A stretch of 64,000 nt of DNA, from NCBI GenBank assembly GCA_965235115.1, contig OZ249437.1, positions 18,662,001 through 18,726,000 on the forward strand, given 5' to 3'. Below the pieces are notes generated by a model that searched no databases, was not told the origin of the DNA, and saw only the letters and a program-made list of their open reading frames with translations. Position 1 is the first letter of the stretch; each line of letters starts with the position of its first letter. Shown piece by piece: positions 47,217 to 61,732 of this stretch. A program made the position numbers and the translations under genes. This stretch comes from Laetmonice hystrix. Lineage: Eukaryota.

Positions 47217-47440
47217 TGTCACTAAGCCATCTTGTTGATGTCACTAAGCCATCTTGTTGATGTCACTAAGCCATCTTGTTGATGTCACTAAGCCAACTTG
47301 TTGATGTCACTAAGCCATCTTGTTGATGTCACTAAGCCATCTTCTTGATGTCACTAAGTCATCTTGTTGATGTCACTAAGCCAACTTGTTGATGTCACTA
47401 AGCCAACTTGTTGATGTCACTGAGCCATCGTTTTAATGTC
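47217..47440. repeat. 22-bp minisatellite x~10
   Basis: Unit atgtcactaagccatcttgttg. Confidence 0.95.
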
Positions 47441-48297
47441 ACAGTAGTCCTATGGCTTTGGTAGATTTCTATGGCATATTATTAAAGATTTTGTATCTGA
47501 TACAACCATATGTTCCACTACCTCAGCAGGTTCCACTCCCTCAAGCACCCCCCCCCCCAATATACCATTCGTTCCGCCGCTACTGTTGAAAGGAGAGCAA
47601 TGGCCGACTTAAGGGGGTTTAGGAAGACATCCTCCTTCCAGCAGATTTCTTCTGTTCTGATAGTCTCTCCTGTCTATCTGTCTGTCTGTTTGTCTGTCCT
47701 CTCTTGTGACCGTGCGATAGACTGGAGCGGACATTGCCTCGTGAGGTCAGAGTGACGTGACCTGGTGACCCGAGTTAGACGTTACGCCACCCGTCCCACA
47801 GACATGACAACACTAATGACAGGAGGGACGCTAGGAGGCGTGCCAGGGCAGAACAACACGGTCCCCTCCGGGTCCAGATGAGATGTGACACCAGCAAACC
47901 TTGAGACATCACACAGACGGTATCCAGATCATCTGACTTATTATAATGTACAACGTCATTAATAACCTGCTTCAAAATCAGACGTTGAGGCCCACCAAAG
48001 TTTAATCTTGGTACATCAGAGTACAACTCAGTCAAACCAGATAAAGTTCAAAGATAAGCAAAAACAAAAATATAGCAAGAAAAAAAGTAAGGTAAATTAG
48101 ATCACGTAGATCACCCTCTAGAATTACCTTTTCCCCCAGAGAGGATGATGTGGTTTAGGTAGTTGACTTTACTTTATTACAAATACACGCAGTTTTACTT
48201 CGTTATGGTGAATCAATTTGACAACTTTATAAATCGTGCAAATATTACTATTCATTGTCCATTATAAGCCCTCAAAGGCTCGTGTCTATGTATAGTT

Positions 48298-48411
48298 GAT
48301 GTGGGAATCCACACGTTAATGTGGCCTGTACACCTCACAACTAGCGTGTCCATGTATGGTTGGTGTGGGAATCCACACGTTAATGTGGCCTGTACACCTC
48401 ACAACTAGCGT
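48298..48411. repeat. Tandem duplication, ~65-bp period, 2 copies
   Basis: gtgggaatccacacgttaatgtggcctgtacacctcacaactagcgtg occurs twice. Confidence 0.9.
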
Positions 48412-51400
48412 GATCACAGATTCGATTTCGATTATGCTACACACGTCTCATCACGAGGAAATCACGATGAACAAAAAGATCTTTCCGCTGATATGGATTG
48501 AGGCAGTCGGTGTATCATGAAAGGAAGACTCTCCAATCTTACAGCTTCATGTCCGACCATGACGTACACGACGCCCATTTAAACATACACCTCTCCTTCC
48601 TCCTGACCCTGTTGTCTTAGTCCAAATCAATCTGCTTTCTTCTCAAGGTTTTGTACATATCTCATGCTGACGAGGTCAGAGTTAAACATATGTTGGCTCT
48701 CCGCAGCCAGGTTCCTTTTGAAACTGGTATATTTGTTCGGTATAGACATCAAAGTCAGGACCAGACCTCCCAAATGCTAGATCCGAATCTGTGATCCCGA
48801 TATATGCTCCCTTTCAGTCTTCAATCGGTCAAAGTGTATCTTACATACAACAATTTCTATTTTGTCACTCGTAGTCCACATTTATAGCTAAGCCCTTTTG
48901 ACCCGCTTTACATGATTTGGGGTTGCGATGATGGTGTTTTTATATCCATCCTTTTTACACGAATACGAATATATTCGTGTTTCTCGGTGTATGATCTAAG
49001 CTGGAAGGTTGTCTGGGCGTGATGCCTTCTTGCCCTGCGGTCTTAAATCACGATCATTTGAGGATTGGCTCAAGGTGTTGTATTACCGGTAGGCCGTATA
49101 TCACACCATATTACCAACTATTATGGACCACCCATGGATTTCTTACCATCACGGGATAATTTAGCCACACATGGCTGAATGTTAGATAGGTGTAGGACTG
49201 CAGTATAAATAGTACCACTTGGATTACAAAATACGGAATCGGAAGTATCGTTATTATAAATGAAATGTGATCCTCAAGTATATTTGAATAATGTTTTAAT
49301 AATAAAGTTCATTCAGGTCAAATACACCACCTGTTTACATAACAAATTTTATTATCGTTTGTGATCTTCTGAAGGGACACACACATAAAAAAAAGTTCCG
49401 CCAACCTCTCACGCACTCTTTGCGAGACGGTCTGACACTGAAGGTACGAAACAATCTTGATATGTTAGGTGTATGTCAATATTTGAGCTCCTCTTCCATT
49501 CTTCAAAGGCTCGACAGAAGCTAAAACACTTTACTCCACCAGGGTCTGGTGTGGAGAGTAGGCTAACACGTATGTAAACCGGGTGGCTCACGTCACTGGT
49601 CTCATCTGGTACAGGTAACTTCCTCCTTGGAGTCCTACCAGATGATTTAAAGCAAAGCCCGCTATAAACATCGTCTGCCGGGTTATGCTCACACTTTATA
49701 TGTCTTGTCCATACCTACATGCCTGATTAGGCTGTTGACAGATACAAACGAGCTTGTCGTGTATGATTGGTCGAGTTTTTGACAATCACAAATGTATCCT
49801 TATATTTAACATTCCCGATTTAAACAGCAGGGCACAGCATTCCCAGGTGTGATACGGCCAGGTCGACGTGGAATGCCTGCCCCTTCAAGAGGTCAAACTA
49901 CTTGCGAGAAGCAATATGCGTGAATATATTTAGTTACCGATACCGGGCGATAAAATAACGATATTCTGTATGCCTGGGCCAGGTGCCGAGTACCTACTAA
50001 CTCGCTGTCAGTGACGTCATCTGTCAGGTTCTGCCAGCACTGACAGCAACACTTCTAGATCAAAGGTAGCGGTGGTGGTCTGGAGGTAACTGAATGAAGG
50101 CACCTATACTAAACGATCTCCAGAGGAGGTAACTAACACCTGGTTCAGTCCCCTAACTCTACCCCAATTATGGTGGGTTCGTAGTTTGTGGAAGTATGTT
50201 AGATTTTACTTGCTTCAAGGATCATCATTTTTTTCAGAACATAAATAACAGAAAGAACATTTAAGTTATTGCCTGCCCATCAGGCTTGATCTGCGACAAA
50301 ATCAAACACTCGGCTATACCTGCAGATGCTGCCTGTTTCTACCTTTACGTTTTTAAATCCATAACGGGAGTAGGCCTATAGCCTATAACGACGAGATATA
50401 ACATACCTTTCACCACTAGCTATATGATGTATAAATATGATGATCATGCAGTCGCTCGTATATATGAGATAGTAAAATAAAAATAAAGATAAAAATAAAA
50501 TAGTAGGACTCCGATATATAGACTCTGTGGTCGACCGAGACATCAGCAATTTCCCATAATTCATACGGCTACTTCCGGGGAATCCCCGCCCGTGTTTAGA
50601 GTCGTGGTCAACCGCAAGCGTTCTGGACCTGTAGCGGAAGTAGACCTGCTCATATCATGATGCGCGCGCACAGGACTGTTGTCTGGTGTTGTTAACATGT
50701 CTCAGTGATTAGTGACGTGGTGAGGCTCTTGAGATGCCACTGGTGTCTGCGCGTTTGTTACTGTTGTTGTTTTTTTATATTATTGGTGATTGTTTGAACT
50801 GCAGGTTACAGATAGTGGGTAAGGCTGATTCACACTGGTAGGGAGCAATTTTTAAGTTATATACTACTCCTGTTGTGCCTTTAAGCTTTTATCCTCAGAC
50901 AATCACTCGTCCATTAATGACTTATTAAGTGTTACATATGATTTTGCTGTTCTATATCATGATTTCTTAAGTGATAAATATATTTCACCATAAATAATCA
51001 TTCTCATCATCTCCATCACTGTTGACGTCGTAATCATTATTCTCGTCTTTCCGATCTGTGAATTGTATGTGATTGTTTGTGAGAACATCTGCGGCATATC
51101 AAAGACTTGCCCTGTAACAAACACTGACTGTTTGATCGTTTTACCATATGATTAAGGTTTACGTTTTGTTGTCTGTATCGAGACGACACATTTACATGTG
51201 TATGTGTGTGCTCAACCGTATCGACCTTTCTGACAACGACAGCCCCCTATCTATATTAAATCCTAGATTTTGAATGTTCAACAATACCTCCGGCTCCTCA
51301 GTGATGGATTTTGGTGTCAGGCACACGCTAATGATTATTCAACTTGCCTTTTGGCCTGACTCAAAAAAAAAGGGGGGGAGAGAAAATTGCGGAAGACGAA

Positions 51401-51559
51401 ACGCAGAAAAACGTGGTCCATGTTGCTCAGCGGGTTCTCTGGTTTTTGTCTTCGATTTTTTATGAATCGTCCGTATAGAAGTTAAAGTCTGCAGGGACTT
51501 GATGCCCGCTGGCATAGACCGCCCGTATTATTCCGAGCTATCACGATACATGCTGGGGT

Positions 51560-51830
51560 CGGCACACACAATCTAAATCATCTCGACTCCACGAAAACAT
51601 CACTTTCAAACAAACGTCGTTTTTGTCTCCGAACCGCCATGTGGAGAACAGCCCTGTACTGTATGGCCATGGCAGGAAGCAAATGAGGCGCCGGCTCTGG
51701 CTAATGCCTTGACACGTCTGAAACACGTACGAAAGTCTTCCACATGTGTAGGTGTCGATAAGAACAAGGTGGTCACCTGTCGAGCAGAATCCCCAGCAAG
51801 GTGTTGGGGCGTGATACGGTCGACACACAC
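51560..51830 (-). mobile_element. Possible highly decayed CR1/L2-type ORF2 C-terminal relic
   Basis: Stop-interrupted frame ...NTLLGILLDR*...PHLLPAMAIQYRAVLHMAV...SDVFVESR*; by-eye resemblance to the post-RT region of CR1/L2 LINEs only. Confidence 0.2.
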
Positions 51831-53643
51831 CTGCAATTACCAGTACTCTATCTTCGTCACTCTCACAGCTCGTACTCTACAAGGGTCGATGACGGGGGCC
51901 ACGCTGGGTCTATGAGATCACGTCAATCCTGGACATCACGTCGTCACTCAATCAAGCAATCAATCAATCAATCAATCAGTAATGCCTTGATTGATTGTAT
52001 GTATTGAATAACCTTTGGCTCGCTGTCCATGAGTGTAGAACTATTCTGGTGTCCGTAGCTTTGTTGTAGAGCAGAACATTTTGTTAATCTATGAGGTCGT
52101 TTGAGTGCTCCAGACCGTCGTACTGGTATCAACTTACAGACGTGTCTTAATGATTGCTGATTCTACATTCACGACACACATATACATGTGAATATATGGT
52201 GAACCAAACGGCCCAATCGTTTTTGAGCAAAAAAATCTCTCTTTTTCAAAACCCAGCCTGCAATCGTGTCTGACCTTAGAGTGACATTATCCGGAGTGTC
52301 GCCAAGAATCGCGGTACCTCCGGGGCTTTTGGGTGACACTATCCTCTGTGCCCTGCAGTCTATCAGTCGTCCGGTTTGTGACCATCGTGTTCAGAGATGG
52401 CCACGAGTCAAGATGTCACAATTAAAGGGACCCTTGCCTCGCCACCATACAGAGACACTGACCACTGGCCAGTCAGAATCCGCTGTTTGACAGCAATCGA
52501 CACGTTTTGTTGGACAACCACAAGGGAAGTCAAACTGGAACTTTTTGCCATACGTTATACACAACCTGAACGGGTCTGTATCTGATGTTTAAACAAAACA
52601 AACTCCACTAACATGTAGAATATAAACATATCGTTGACGGCTACAGGATCCACTGGATAGAGGAAGTCAGATCCAGTCAGTCTATACAATCGGGCGACAT
52701 GGCAGTAAAAAGTACGAGAAATGGACCTCGATCTGCAAGTGACCCTTTTATTATGGCGCCTGGTAATGGAAAGAGATAATTTCCTCCTTGCGTCCGGGAC
52801 AAATACCAGCAGGGGTTTTTACCCTCCAGTCTGGGATTCCTTGTCTTGGGATACTCAACTTGACTCAGGTGACCCGCCATAATTTGATACCCACCTTCTT
52901 ATCTATACAATTGGGAAGACTTTTATAGGGCCTAGACATACAGTCTGAGTTTGTGCCAGTTAACATCATGTAGGTTTGGACTTCATGTCTAGAGGTACAT
53001 ACTGGGGCGTTGTACTGATTGTAAGCACTGCATACGATTACTTCAATACATGTATCAGTTTTGTATATACAGTATCAACAGTAACTACTCATAAATTCAC
53101 GGATAGATAATTTTGGCGGCCAAACGGACAGATGGGAGGTGCGTTCAAGCAGAACGTCAGGCACACCATGGGTGTCTTACACTGGACACCCCCCCCCCCC
53201 CCCTTTTTTTGTATTTCCCGTCGACTGGCCCGATTGGAAGCCACGCGTGCGTCGTGATCCAAGTTCCTATCTGGTCTGCCATCACGTTGTGGCTACTTCA
53301 GAGGCGGATTCTCTCTCACTTCGGGTCTACTCGATGACTCAGGGGTACTTCATCGGGCGTTTTTTACTTGGACCTCTACCCTGTATTTATGTATATAACG
53401 CCTTTGAAACGATGAGTGGGCCACACCGACAGACGGGCATTGTTGTCCATGAATCTTTTTTATTTATTTCTTTTTTTTTAATGTCTCAGAAAATGTTCCA
53501 ATGAAATCGGCCTGGCACTGCACCATTTATTGTATCTATACACAACTGTCCCAGTCAGGTCATAATTCCGTTGGCGGGAGGGACTATATCTATATAGCGC
53601 TCCTTTGCCACTTTTTTAGTACAAGTGAAAAAGTGTCGCTTAC

Positions 53644-54175
53644 CTGAGCTATTTGCCTGTGTAGAACTCGGGCCAAAGCTCGTCTGGGTGATCGTTGTTC
53701 CGTTATTGTGGATGTGAAAAAAGCGTAAAGCCTGATGTCTGGTGAACCAAAGTATGTTGTAGATCCAGGCGTAACACGCCCGTGTCGAGATTTCTCCGTG
53801 TAAGACCGAAACTTTGGGGTATGTATCTCACAAACTGATCTTTTCGGGTTTAACACAATATGCAATCCCTGCAGCTGCGTCCCTGCGCGCCAGCTCCTCC
53901 ACGGCTCGCTTCAAGTATCCAGCGGATGCGACGCTCGCGTTCCGTCCTCCTCGGAGACTGTCGGGTGATGCCGACAGCAGTGTGGCGGCAGCTTAGACTG
54001 ACTGACTGACTGCCACCTCTTGAGTCCAGCCGTCTGGGGCAGTGACAGCCAACGAACTTTAGCGACACGGAGTCCTGCTCTGAGCCAGACACAGACCTCG
54101 CCCCACGTGACTCTTTGGCACCCCTTGAGCGTCTGTGTGCCTCTGGCGAGCGTTCCTCATGCGGTCAATATATAC
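53644..54175 (-). promoter_or_regulatory. Candidate promoter and non-coding first exon
   Basis: TATATA 54169-54174, CACGTG 54104-54109, Inr-like (CAGT)n 53996-54012, GC-rich body, strong donor CTCAG|gtaagc at 53643. Confidence 0.25.
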
Positions 54176-54370
54176 ATTTGTATAGGCCTCTGTATGTGCT
54201 TTAACGGAACAGCTCGCGGAAACATCGCTCAAGGTTAAATTATAGGGACCTAGTTGATATCAATCATTAAGCCTAGGCTTATTTAGATAGATCTATAGCC
54301 TGGATCCTACAAGGCATCAATAGTGTTTGGCGTTGTAGGGTATGCTTCCCTCAACGTACCGTTTCCACTG

Positions 54371-54692
54371 GTGTGGCACATCTTGGTCCAGGCTTGTAGA
54401 CCAAAGGGACGTGCTAGAACCCAAACCCAAGACTAGTGTGGCACAGCTTGGTTCAGGCTTGTAGACCAAAGGGACGTGCTGGAACCCAAACCCAAGACTA
54501 GTGTGGCACAGCTTGGTCCAGGCTTGTAGACCAAAGGGACGTGCTAGAACCCAAACCCAAGACTAGTGTGGCACAGCTTGGTCCAGGCTTGTAAAGACCA
54601 AAGGGACGTGCTAGAACCCAAACCCAAGACTAGTGTGGCACAGCTTGGTCCAGGCTTGTAGACCAAAGGGACGTGCTGGAACCCAAACCCAA
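54371..54692. repeat. 65-bp minisatellite x5
   Basis: Unit gtgtggcacagcttggtccaggcttgtagaccaaagggacgtgctagaacccaaacccaagacta. Confidence 0.97.
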
Positions 54693-56847
54693 GAAGTAAC
54701 GGCATCTTGTCGACGTCCGACCTATCCATGTGTATGTTGAGGCTGGATGACCTGAAACCAAACGGCTACCTTTTCACGCGCGGGTCAGGTGAGCCAGGCA
54801 GGTGTACACAACATGGCCTCAGTGAGCGCTGACCACGTTACCAGACCCACAAATCGACACACACTCAGGTACGTCCGAGATAAGAAGAACGCCCGTTATC
54901 GCGCGTCGAGACGTAACGTCAAAAACATTCTACGCCTCCAGTCAACAAATACAGCGTGAACCTTACGGTGACCTATTCAACACCACCGTGGGCTTGGTTA
55001 CACACTGACTTGTAGGTATATAATGCAGGTAACCTCGGTTATGGGACCGAGAGATAGGGCTCTAACCTTCCTAGGGTTGGCAGGGGGTTTAATGTCTACC
55101 CGATATCGTCTTTCACAAGCTACATCAAACCCTGTCACCGCAGGAGTTCGCTGTATTTATTCTGGGCCTGTAAATAATAACAAATTGCCTGTTTATCTTT
55201 ATAAATCTATACAGAAATCAAAACTTGCTTTTTAGCAGATCAGACAAAGATATGACAATCCCTAGGCCTAGTGGAGAAATAACTTCAACCCGTCTTTAGG
55301 TTACGCGCCATGATGTGCCCGCCTCCGTTTCCAGATTTGACTTAATGTGTATTATTTCACAGGGTCTGGAATCATAAATCGACCCGCGGTAGCATGGTAC
55401 AAGACATTAATCGTTTGGTAGGGAATGGATAATGTTTCCTTGACTTGACAGTCGAGACAAACATTTTGTCACCCATGCTGGCCTTCTACCACGAGAAAGG
55501 TTTGTCGAAGTGTTGCCTCTTAAAGGTAGCAGCGATGATAACTTGGAAGGTGTGGATAAAAACAGTACAGTGAATCCTTGTACATACAAGCTGCTGGCTG
55601 CCCCAAAACGACCCAGGTAACTGTATAGGATGTGTAGAGATATCTAAACGCCCCCACCGATTCTCAATTACATTGATAGAGACGTCCTCACGTACACACT
55701 GAGGGGGTGAAAACATTATACGAAAACTATCAAGTGGCAAGGTTTGCCAGCGTACAGCGCAGTTGTAACGGGTTGCCGGAAGATAGGTGTAACCTCCCGC
55801 CGTCCGTTACCGCAAGTCGCTGGCGAACCTCAACCACCCCCAGCGTGCAAGTCTACTTAGCATTCTCAGCAGGACTTGCTATACTTGACGTTAAAGTAAA
55901 CTGCTGGTGTGTATTCCTGTTGTGTTTATGGCAATGTGATCCTATCTACCGGTGCCACTTCACACATTAGGAAAGGCGAGTCGGGACAGATAAAGATGAC
56001 TGGGGCATTAAAGGATCCAAATCCCAAGGACTGAGTGTAATCCACCGCTAGGGCGGCAGAACGTGCATGCATTAGGAATAATAGAATAATGCCGGTCTGG
56101 TGTCTAGCCGGGTAAAGGTATCATTCTATAAACACATAAACTGTGACGTGGGTGAGAGGACAGACAGTCAGTTATTTTACAATCGATACTTCTTTTGAGG
56201 CGACCCTTTGATAGTGTGTTTTCATGACGGACTCCGACAGACAGCCGTGCCCGGAGGCAGAGGTTCCATATAAAAACGTATCTCTTCCAAAGGTCAGGTC
56301 TTTATCCGCAGGGCGGCGCCACCTGGGATAACACGGACAAACAGCAGCAAAAACATCGGCCCTTCAGGTTTTCTGTTCGATACTAGGGAGAAAAGGGCAT
56401 TTTCCCAATTTGACGTTTTCTATTAGTGAAGCGATGTAGTATAAAAAGACAAAATCCCCTCGAGTCACCATACAAACAGAATAAGCCATTCATTAAAAAG
56501 AGATAGCATTTTTAAAAGACCGTTTTCTTTTCATAAAAAAAAGAAACGTGATCTGTTCTGTCTTTGGAATCAATCTGTGAATATCTCTGAGAGGATCTAG
56601 TAGCAAACTTAGACCAGTTCAGACGGAAATATGATCACTACGATATCCTATAATCCAAGATGTCGTTTCATGTTTTTTCACCGAGCCGTAAACTGGTTGA
56701 ATGAGATGGCTGATGACGGTTGTCTGTCTCTGATGGTACTGGAGAATCCGGGTTAGCCCCCGTGGTAGTATTTCTACCAACTTCCGAGTCTGCTTATTGT
56801 TATATACAGTGCTTTAAATAGTGCTTTGACAGGGGTACACTGTAACA

Positions 56848-57112
56848 CAGGCGCGGATCCAAGGTTTCACCCCCCCCCCCCACCCCCACCCCCAACCCCC
56901 ACCTCCAAGAAAGCGACGAAGGCCCACCTTAGTAGTTGGTGACGGGATCCTCCGTAAAAAAAATAAGTGTTATATTCTCGATTTTTTGCGAAGTGAAAGA
57001 CAAAATTGGTACCTTTATTCTGCCGGATAAATGTATCATTTCCTGCAATTCCTCTCTGTTTGAATTTCAGTTTACCAAAAAAAAAAGGGGGGGCCCCTTG
57101 GATCCGCGCCTG
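56848..57112. mobile_element. MITE-like element with CAGGCGCGGATCCAAGG inverted termini
   Basis: 17-bp perfect TIR, poly-C/poly-G subterminal tracts; no clear TSD. Confidence 0.75.
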
Positions 57113-57697
57113 GTACATATGATTAACGGTATTTTGTCAGATCTGGGGCTGAGGTTATGGCTAGGTTTGGGGCAGGTAATAATGATATTTTTTTAGTTTT
57201 GCTTTCACCAAATTTAATGGGAAAGTTACCAAGGGGATTCCTTGTCCGATCGAATTCAAGATATGTCCTTCCGGTGTATGAGGAATTGTGTGGTGGGTTG
57301 TGCCAGCCGCTGGCTGCACAGAGCCATGGCAGGTTAGAACTGTTGTCAGGTTACCCGATTCACACGGGTTATGTGGAGTGAGAGTGTGTTGAGGGCTGCT
57401 GGAGGTTGTCGGGAGGACATGAGGAGAAGTGGTGACAAGTCCTGGGCCCGCCCAAACAGTGGCCACATGGACGGCAATCACTCCGCCGTGCCTCTCTACG
57501 ACCTGTAGTAACTCAGCGTGGTAAAGACCTTCTCTTTAACAACAAGAAAGTTTGAATACTGGAAGTGATACCTTTTCTTTACCCCTAAGAGTTCCGTGTG
57601 GGAGTCCTCTCGCCTGCAGAGTCGTCTTATAGTTGTCTGTTTGAACGGGGTCACCTTTATACTTCCGGTTCATTCACGCTTAGTTTAGAAGTTTCTC

Positions 57698-57764
57698 GAC
57701 TCGACCACCAGTCCTCCTACCGAGCGACCTCTAGCGGGGGAAAGGGGTCTGGTGATCGAGACTA
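57698..57764. mobile_element. Mini foldback element (...CCAGACC / GGTCTGG...GAGACTA type)
   Basis: gactcgaccaccagtcctcct matches the reverse complement of the right end at 16/21 positions. Confidence 0.4.
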
Positions 57765-58430
57765 ATAAGTTTCACGCAAATATCTTAAATATTTGTGAAA
57801 GTTCATGTCCTTCCTGGTATAACATCGCCGACTTCCGGTCGGGGGGGGGGGGGGGCTTCCAACACTGAGCATCAACAGAATCCAGCGCAAGTCTGGGGGG
57901 GACTAGAGGAGGGCCTACGAATGTTTACACGTTCGTTCTTTCGTTTATAACCTCATTATGTTAAATATTCAACAGCCTATGCGCAATATAAGATGTCAAG
58001 TATACGTCTGTGTGTGTATATACTCAATCATATAAAATAATATAACATAGTGTATGCATACATGTATGTATGCATACTTCGTGTTTGTTTGTTATGTATG
58101 TCTTTGTGTACTGCGCATGACACCTTTCAAGCTATCACGATTTTTTAAAATCCCATGTACCGATGAATCTTTGTCCCCATCAACTGTTTGTCTAAAGTGG
58201 TGCCATTGCCTTTAGTCATAAAGGACCTTCCCATGTTTCAAGTGTTTGGCGTAGAAAATGAAATAACCTTGCTTGGCCTTTTGTTGACTTCGCCGTTAAC
58301 CAAATGATGGCGCTGATATTTTTACAACTCTGTACACTTGCGTTGAGGCTTCACTGGTTCTTTTTTTTTCAGAGTGACAACGGGAGACCGGTGTGAGGCA
58401 TGTTGGTTTGATTACAGTGTATTTTATAAT

Positions 58431-58770
58431 GATATTCGCCAACCCCTGTCGTTGGTTTGCGATATTCGCCCACCTCTGTCGTCGGTTTGCGATATTCGCC
58501 AACTTCTGTCGTCGGTTTGCGATATTCGCCCACCTCTGTCGTTGATTTGCCATATTCGCCCACCTCTGTCGTCGGTTTCGCCAATCTCTGTCATCGGTTT
58601 GCGATATTCGCACCCTAGCTCTGTCGTCGGTTTGCGATATTTGCCAACTTCTGTCGGTTTGCGATATTCGCTACACGATTTCGCCAATCTCTGTCATCGG
58701 TTTGCGATATTCGCACCCTAGTTCTGTCGTCGGTTTGCGATATTCGCCAACATTTGTCGTCGGTTGCGAT
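58431..58770. repeat. ~30-bp degenerate minisatellite
   Basis: Unit gatattcgccaacctctgtcgtcggtttgc. Confidence 0.9.
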
Positions 58771-59580
58771 GTGGAAGACCTTCTCTTCTTCTGCCATTTA
58801 TACGATGTACAATTGTGCTTCATCAACACACTGACTTAATATTTATACATTTCTACTCAACATGTGCGATCCTAGATTTACTGCATGTCATTCCGGGTCC
58901 CCATTTTCTATTCAGTTTGTCCTCGTTTATATACGATCAGTCATTATTCATTAGAGAACAATTCAATCAATCAACAAAGCCAATATAAATGTGTGATTTT
59001 TATAATGAACTGTCATCATCTAAGCCAAACGGTTTGTCCTGTACATGAGAGCTCAGCTGTTGCCTGTTAACACATACACATGGCTGGGAAGTTAGGGTCA
59101 TCAAGAGTAGAACATGGCTGGGAAGTTAAGGTCATCGACAGTAGAACAACACAAGGAACAAATGTTCTCACCAGCCGGAAACTGGCAATCGTCGTTGGCG
59201 GTCTTCTAAACTCGGCCATGTTCTTGGGTTTAAAAACGGCATGCGCTGGTTGGAGTAAAGCAACTTCAGGATTAACTTCCCAAACAATCACCAGAGTACA
59301 AAATATCAGGGGCAGCTCTAGTTGGAGAAAAATCCGTAATCCTTAACGTACCTTGAAAAATATTTATAAATGCTCAGCGGTATGGGGTATTCGGCCATCT
59401 GATATCCTCACGAAATTCAGAGTAGGGCGTATGGCTAGGGGTAGGGCTGGAGATTTTATTTGGGGTGGGCCGGGGAGGTCTAGGGTGTGACGGTAGAATT
59501 TAGAGGTAGGTTTGGGGGCTAAGAATAGTACCAGATTTTTAGGTTACCGCCAACTTTCCCTGAGATAGTACCGTCCGGTA

Positions 59581-59915
59581 TCCACCAATGTGTATGTAAT
59601 CCACCAATGTGTATGTAATCCACCAATGTGTATGTAATCCACCAATCATGAATGTGTATGTAATCCACCAATGTGTATGGAATCCACCAATCACGAATGT
59701 GTATGTAATCCACCAATGTGTATGTAATCCACCAATGTGTATGGACTCCACCAATGTGTATGGACTCCACCAATGTGTATGGAATCCACCAATGTGTATA
59801 GAATCCACCAATGTGTATGGAATCCACCAATGTGTATGGAATCCACCAATGTGTATGGAATCCACCAATGTGTATGGAATCCACCAATGTGTATGGAATC
59901 CACCAATGTGTATGT
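59581..59915. repeat. 19-bp minisatellite x~17
   Basis: Unit atccaccaatgtgtatgga/gta. Confidence 0.95.
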
Positions 59916-61497
59916 AATAAATCCGGAGCAATACGTTACAGAAATATGTGTTGAGATAATTGTAACATGTTTATGTATGGTCATGTGTGTGTTAAGTGTG
60001 TGTGTGTGGCGGGGGTGGGGTACATTTAGACACACAAGCCATGAATAACACCCTCCTCTCATCATGACGAGTCTGTGGTTTCACTTCGCTATTCTCCACA
60101 TGTAAAATGTGTGTAGTAATAATGTCAACAGGTTGTAACTCGAGTGTCTCGAGTCACCGTTTTGTTAGCAAAGTATGCCTTTACTGGCTTCGTCATTCGA
60201 TCTTTGTTTCAGTGCATAGTGGCAATGTGTTCGACACATTTTGGTACGTCCATGACTGACTTTGAATATTTGCGATATATGTAAGACCTCTTCGTTTTTA
60301 CAAAAGAGATTTAAAAGAGTTCGCTTTGGTCTCGTTGTTTTCACCGAACATTGCACCATGCCCTAAATCGCTTTGGCAGTTCTTTCCATCGCGACCTCCA
60401 AGTAATGTTTAAAAGTCTTTGACTGTTGTGTAAAGAACATTCCTGCCGCCTACGTACTCCATGAGGCAAACGTTGCCGTAAAAACGCAAGGCCTAACCCC
60501 CTCCCATTGTTGTATATCGTGCACGGCCTAGCTCCAATACTCCCATCCCCGCCTCTTTCATAGCGTACTCTTCAACATCGATTCCTGTTCTCCTGTCTCA
60601 CCCCAGGTCCTCCTCTGATCTCACACCTCTCCTCGGAACCAGACTGAGGCCTCCGTCCGTCTGTACGGAAACGTTTTGCCGTGGAAGAGTCCAAACACTA
60701 CGTCTGTTTACCGTACACCGGGAGATCCCGCCGAGAGACCGCGCAGGGGACCTCCATTCTCTGGCTCCGACAACTTTTTTACCTCTACTGTTATGGCCAA
60801 CTGTATATACTGCGGCGGTGGGGTCCGGGGCACATGTAAATCAGACCTTTTTTTGAGTTCCCGAACACTTCGTCAGCCTCTTACTTGCTCGGTGCAGAGC
60901 GGTAAAAACATGCGACTTACTCGCGTGTTGAATCGAGTTCCGGCGCTGATTGATCCAGTGGGGGAAACCTCGTCAGGGGACGTTATGGTAGAAACGAGCG
61001 AGTCAAGTGTTGAACAAACCACCTCTATCACCACCCGTCCCACACAGAATAGGAAAAAGTTCGGAGTTATAAGACGTGGATACAGGTGATGTACGATGTG
61101 GTATATGTACGGACAACTTGTAGAGATCTCCCGTTGAGATGGCCGGATGGAAATCTTTCTACCATTCACTTAATGGGATCCCAAATGTCAACACGTTCGG
61201 GCATCTTTGAGACGCACTGATAAGGCCGAACATAATCCTGTGTTCCCAATAGGTCGTCCTTATTAACGTGTACCGGGACAGGTAGGCTGGCCCTATCATC
61301 CGCATCGGATGTTCCAATCATTATAACAAGGCCAGATCTATACGCGTCTCTTTATTGGTTAGCTGAGGTAACGCGCTAAAGGCCTACATTATAGCGGGAA
61401 TATTATATGTGTGGGAGGGAAAGCTTGAAATAGGTATATTTCCACTTTTAAATATTAAACTAACAAGTGGAAAAAGGACATTTTAAAATAGATTATC

Positions 61498-61732
61498 AGA
61501 GAGAAAGAGAGAGAGAGGAGATAAAGAGAGAGACAGAGACAAAGAGAGATAGAGAATGAGAGACAGAGACAGAGAGAGCAAAACAGAGAGACAGAGAGGG
61601 AGAGATAGATAGAGAGACTCAGAGAGACAGAGAGAGACAGAGAGGGAGAGATAGATAGAGAGACTCAGAGAGACAGAGAGACAGAGAGAGACAGAGAGGG
61701 AGAGATAGAGAGACTCAGAGAGACAGAGAGAG
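61498..61732. repeat. AG-rich compound microsatellite
   Basis: (GA)n / (GAGACA)n tract. Confidence 0.9.

Noticed and set aside
48560-48900. LINE endonuclease relic (minus)
   Set aside because: Motif-like fragments are in the wrong order and lack YRPP and GDFN.
55747-55825. Structured RNA (nested GCCAGCG/CGCTGGC and GTAACGG/CCGTTAC stems)
   Set aside because: Two 7-bp stems only; no family motif or second copy.
57505-57565. tRNA gene or tRNA-derived SINE head
   Set aside because: A- and B-box-like words are degenerate and no cloverleaf forms.
60170-60800. Decayed Mutator-like transposase (minus; AGMFFTQQSKTFKHY...)
   Set aside because: Motif similarity is too weak and fragmented; no TIRs or TSD found.
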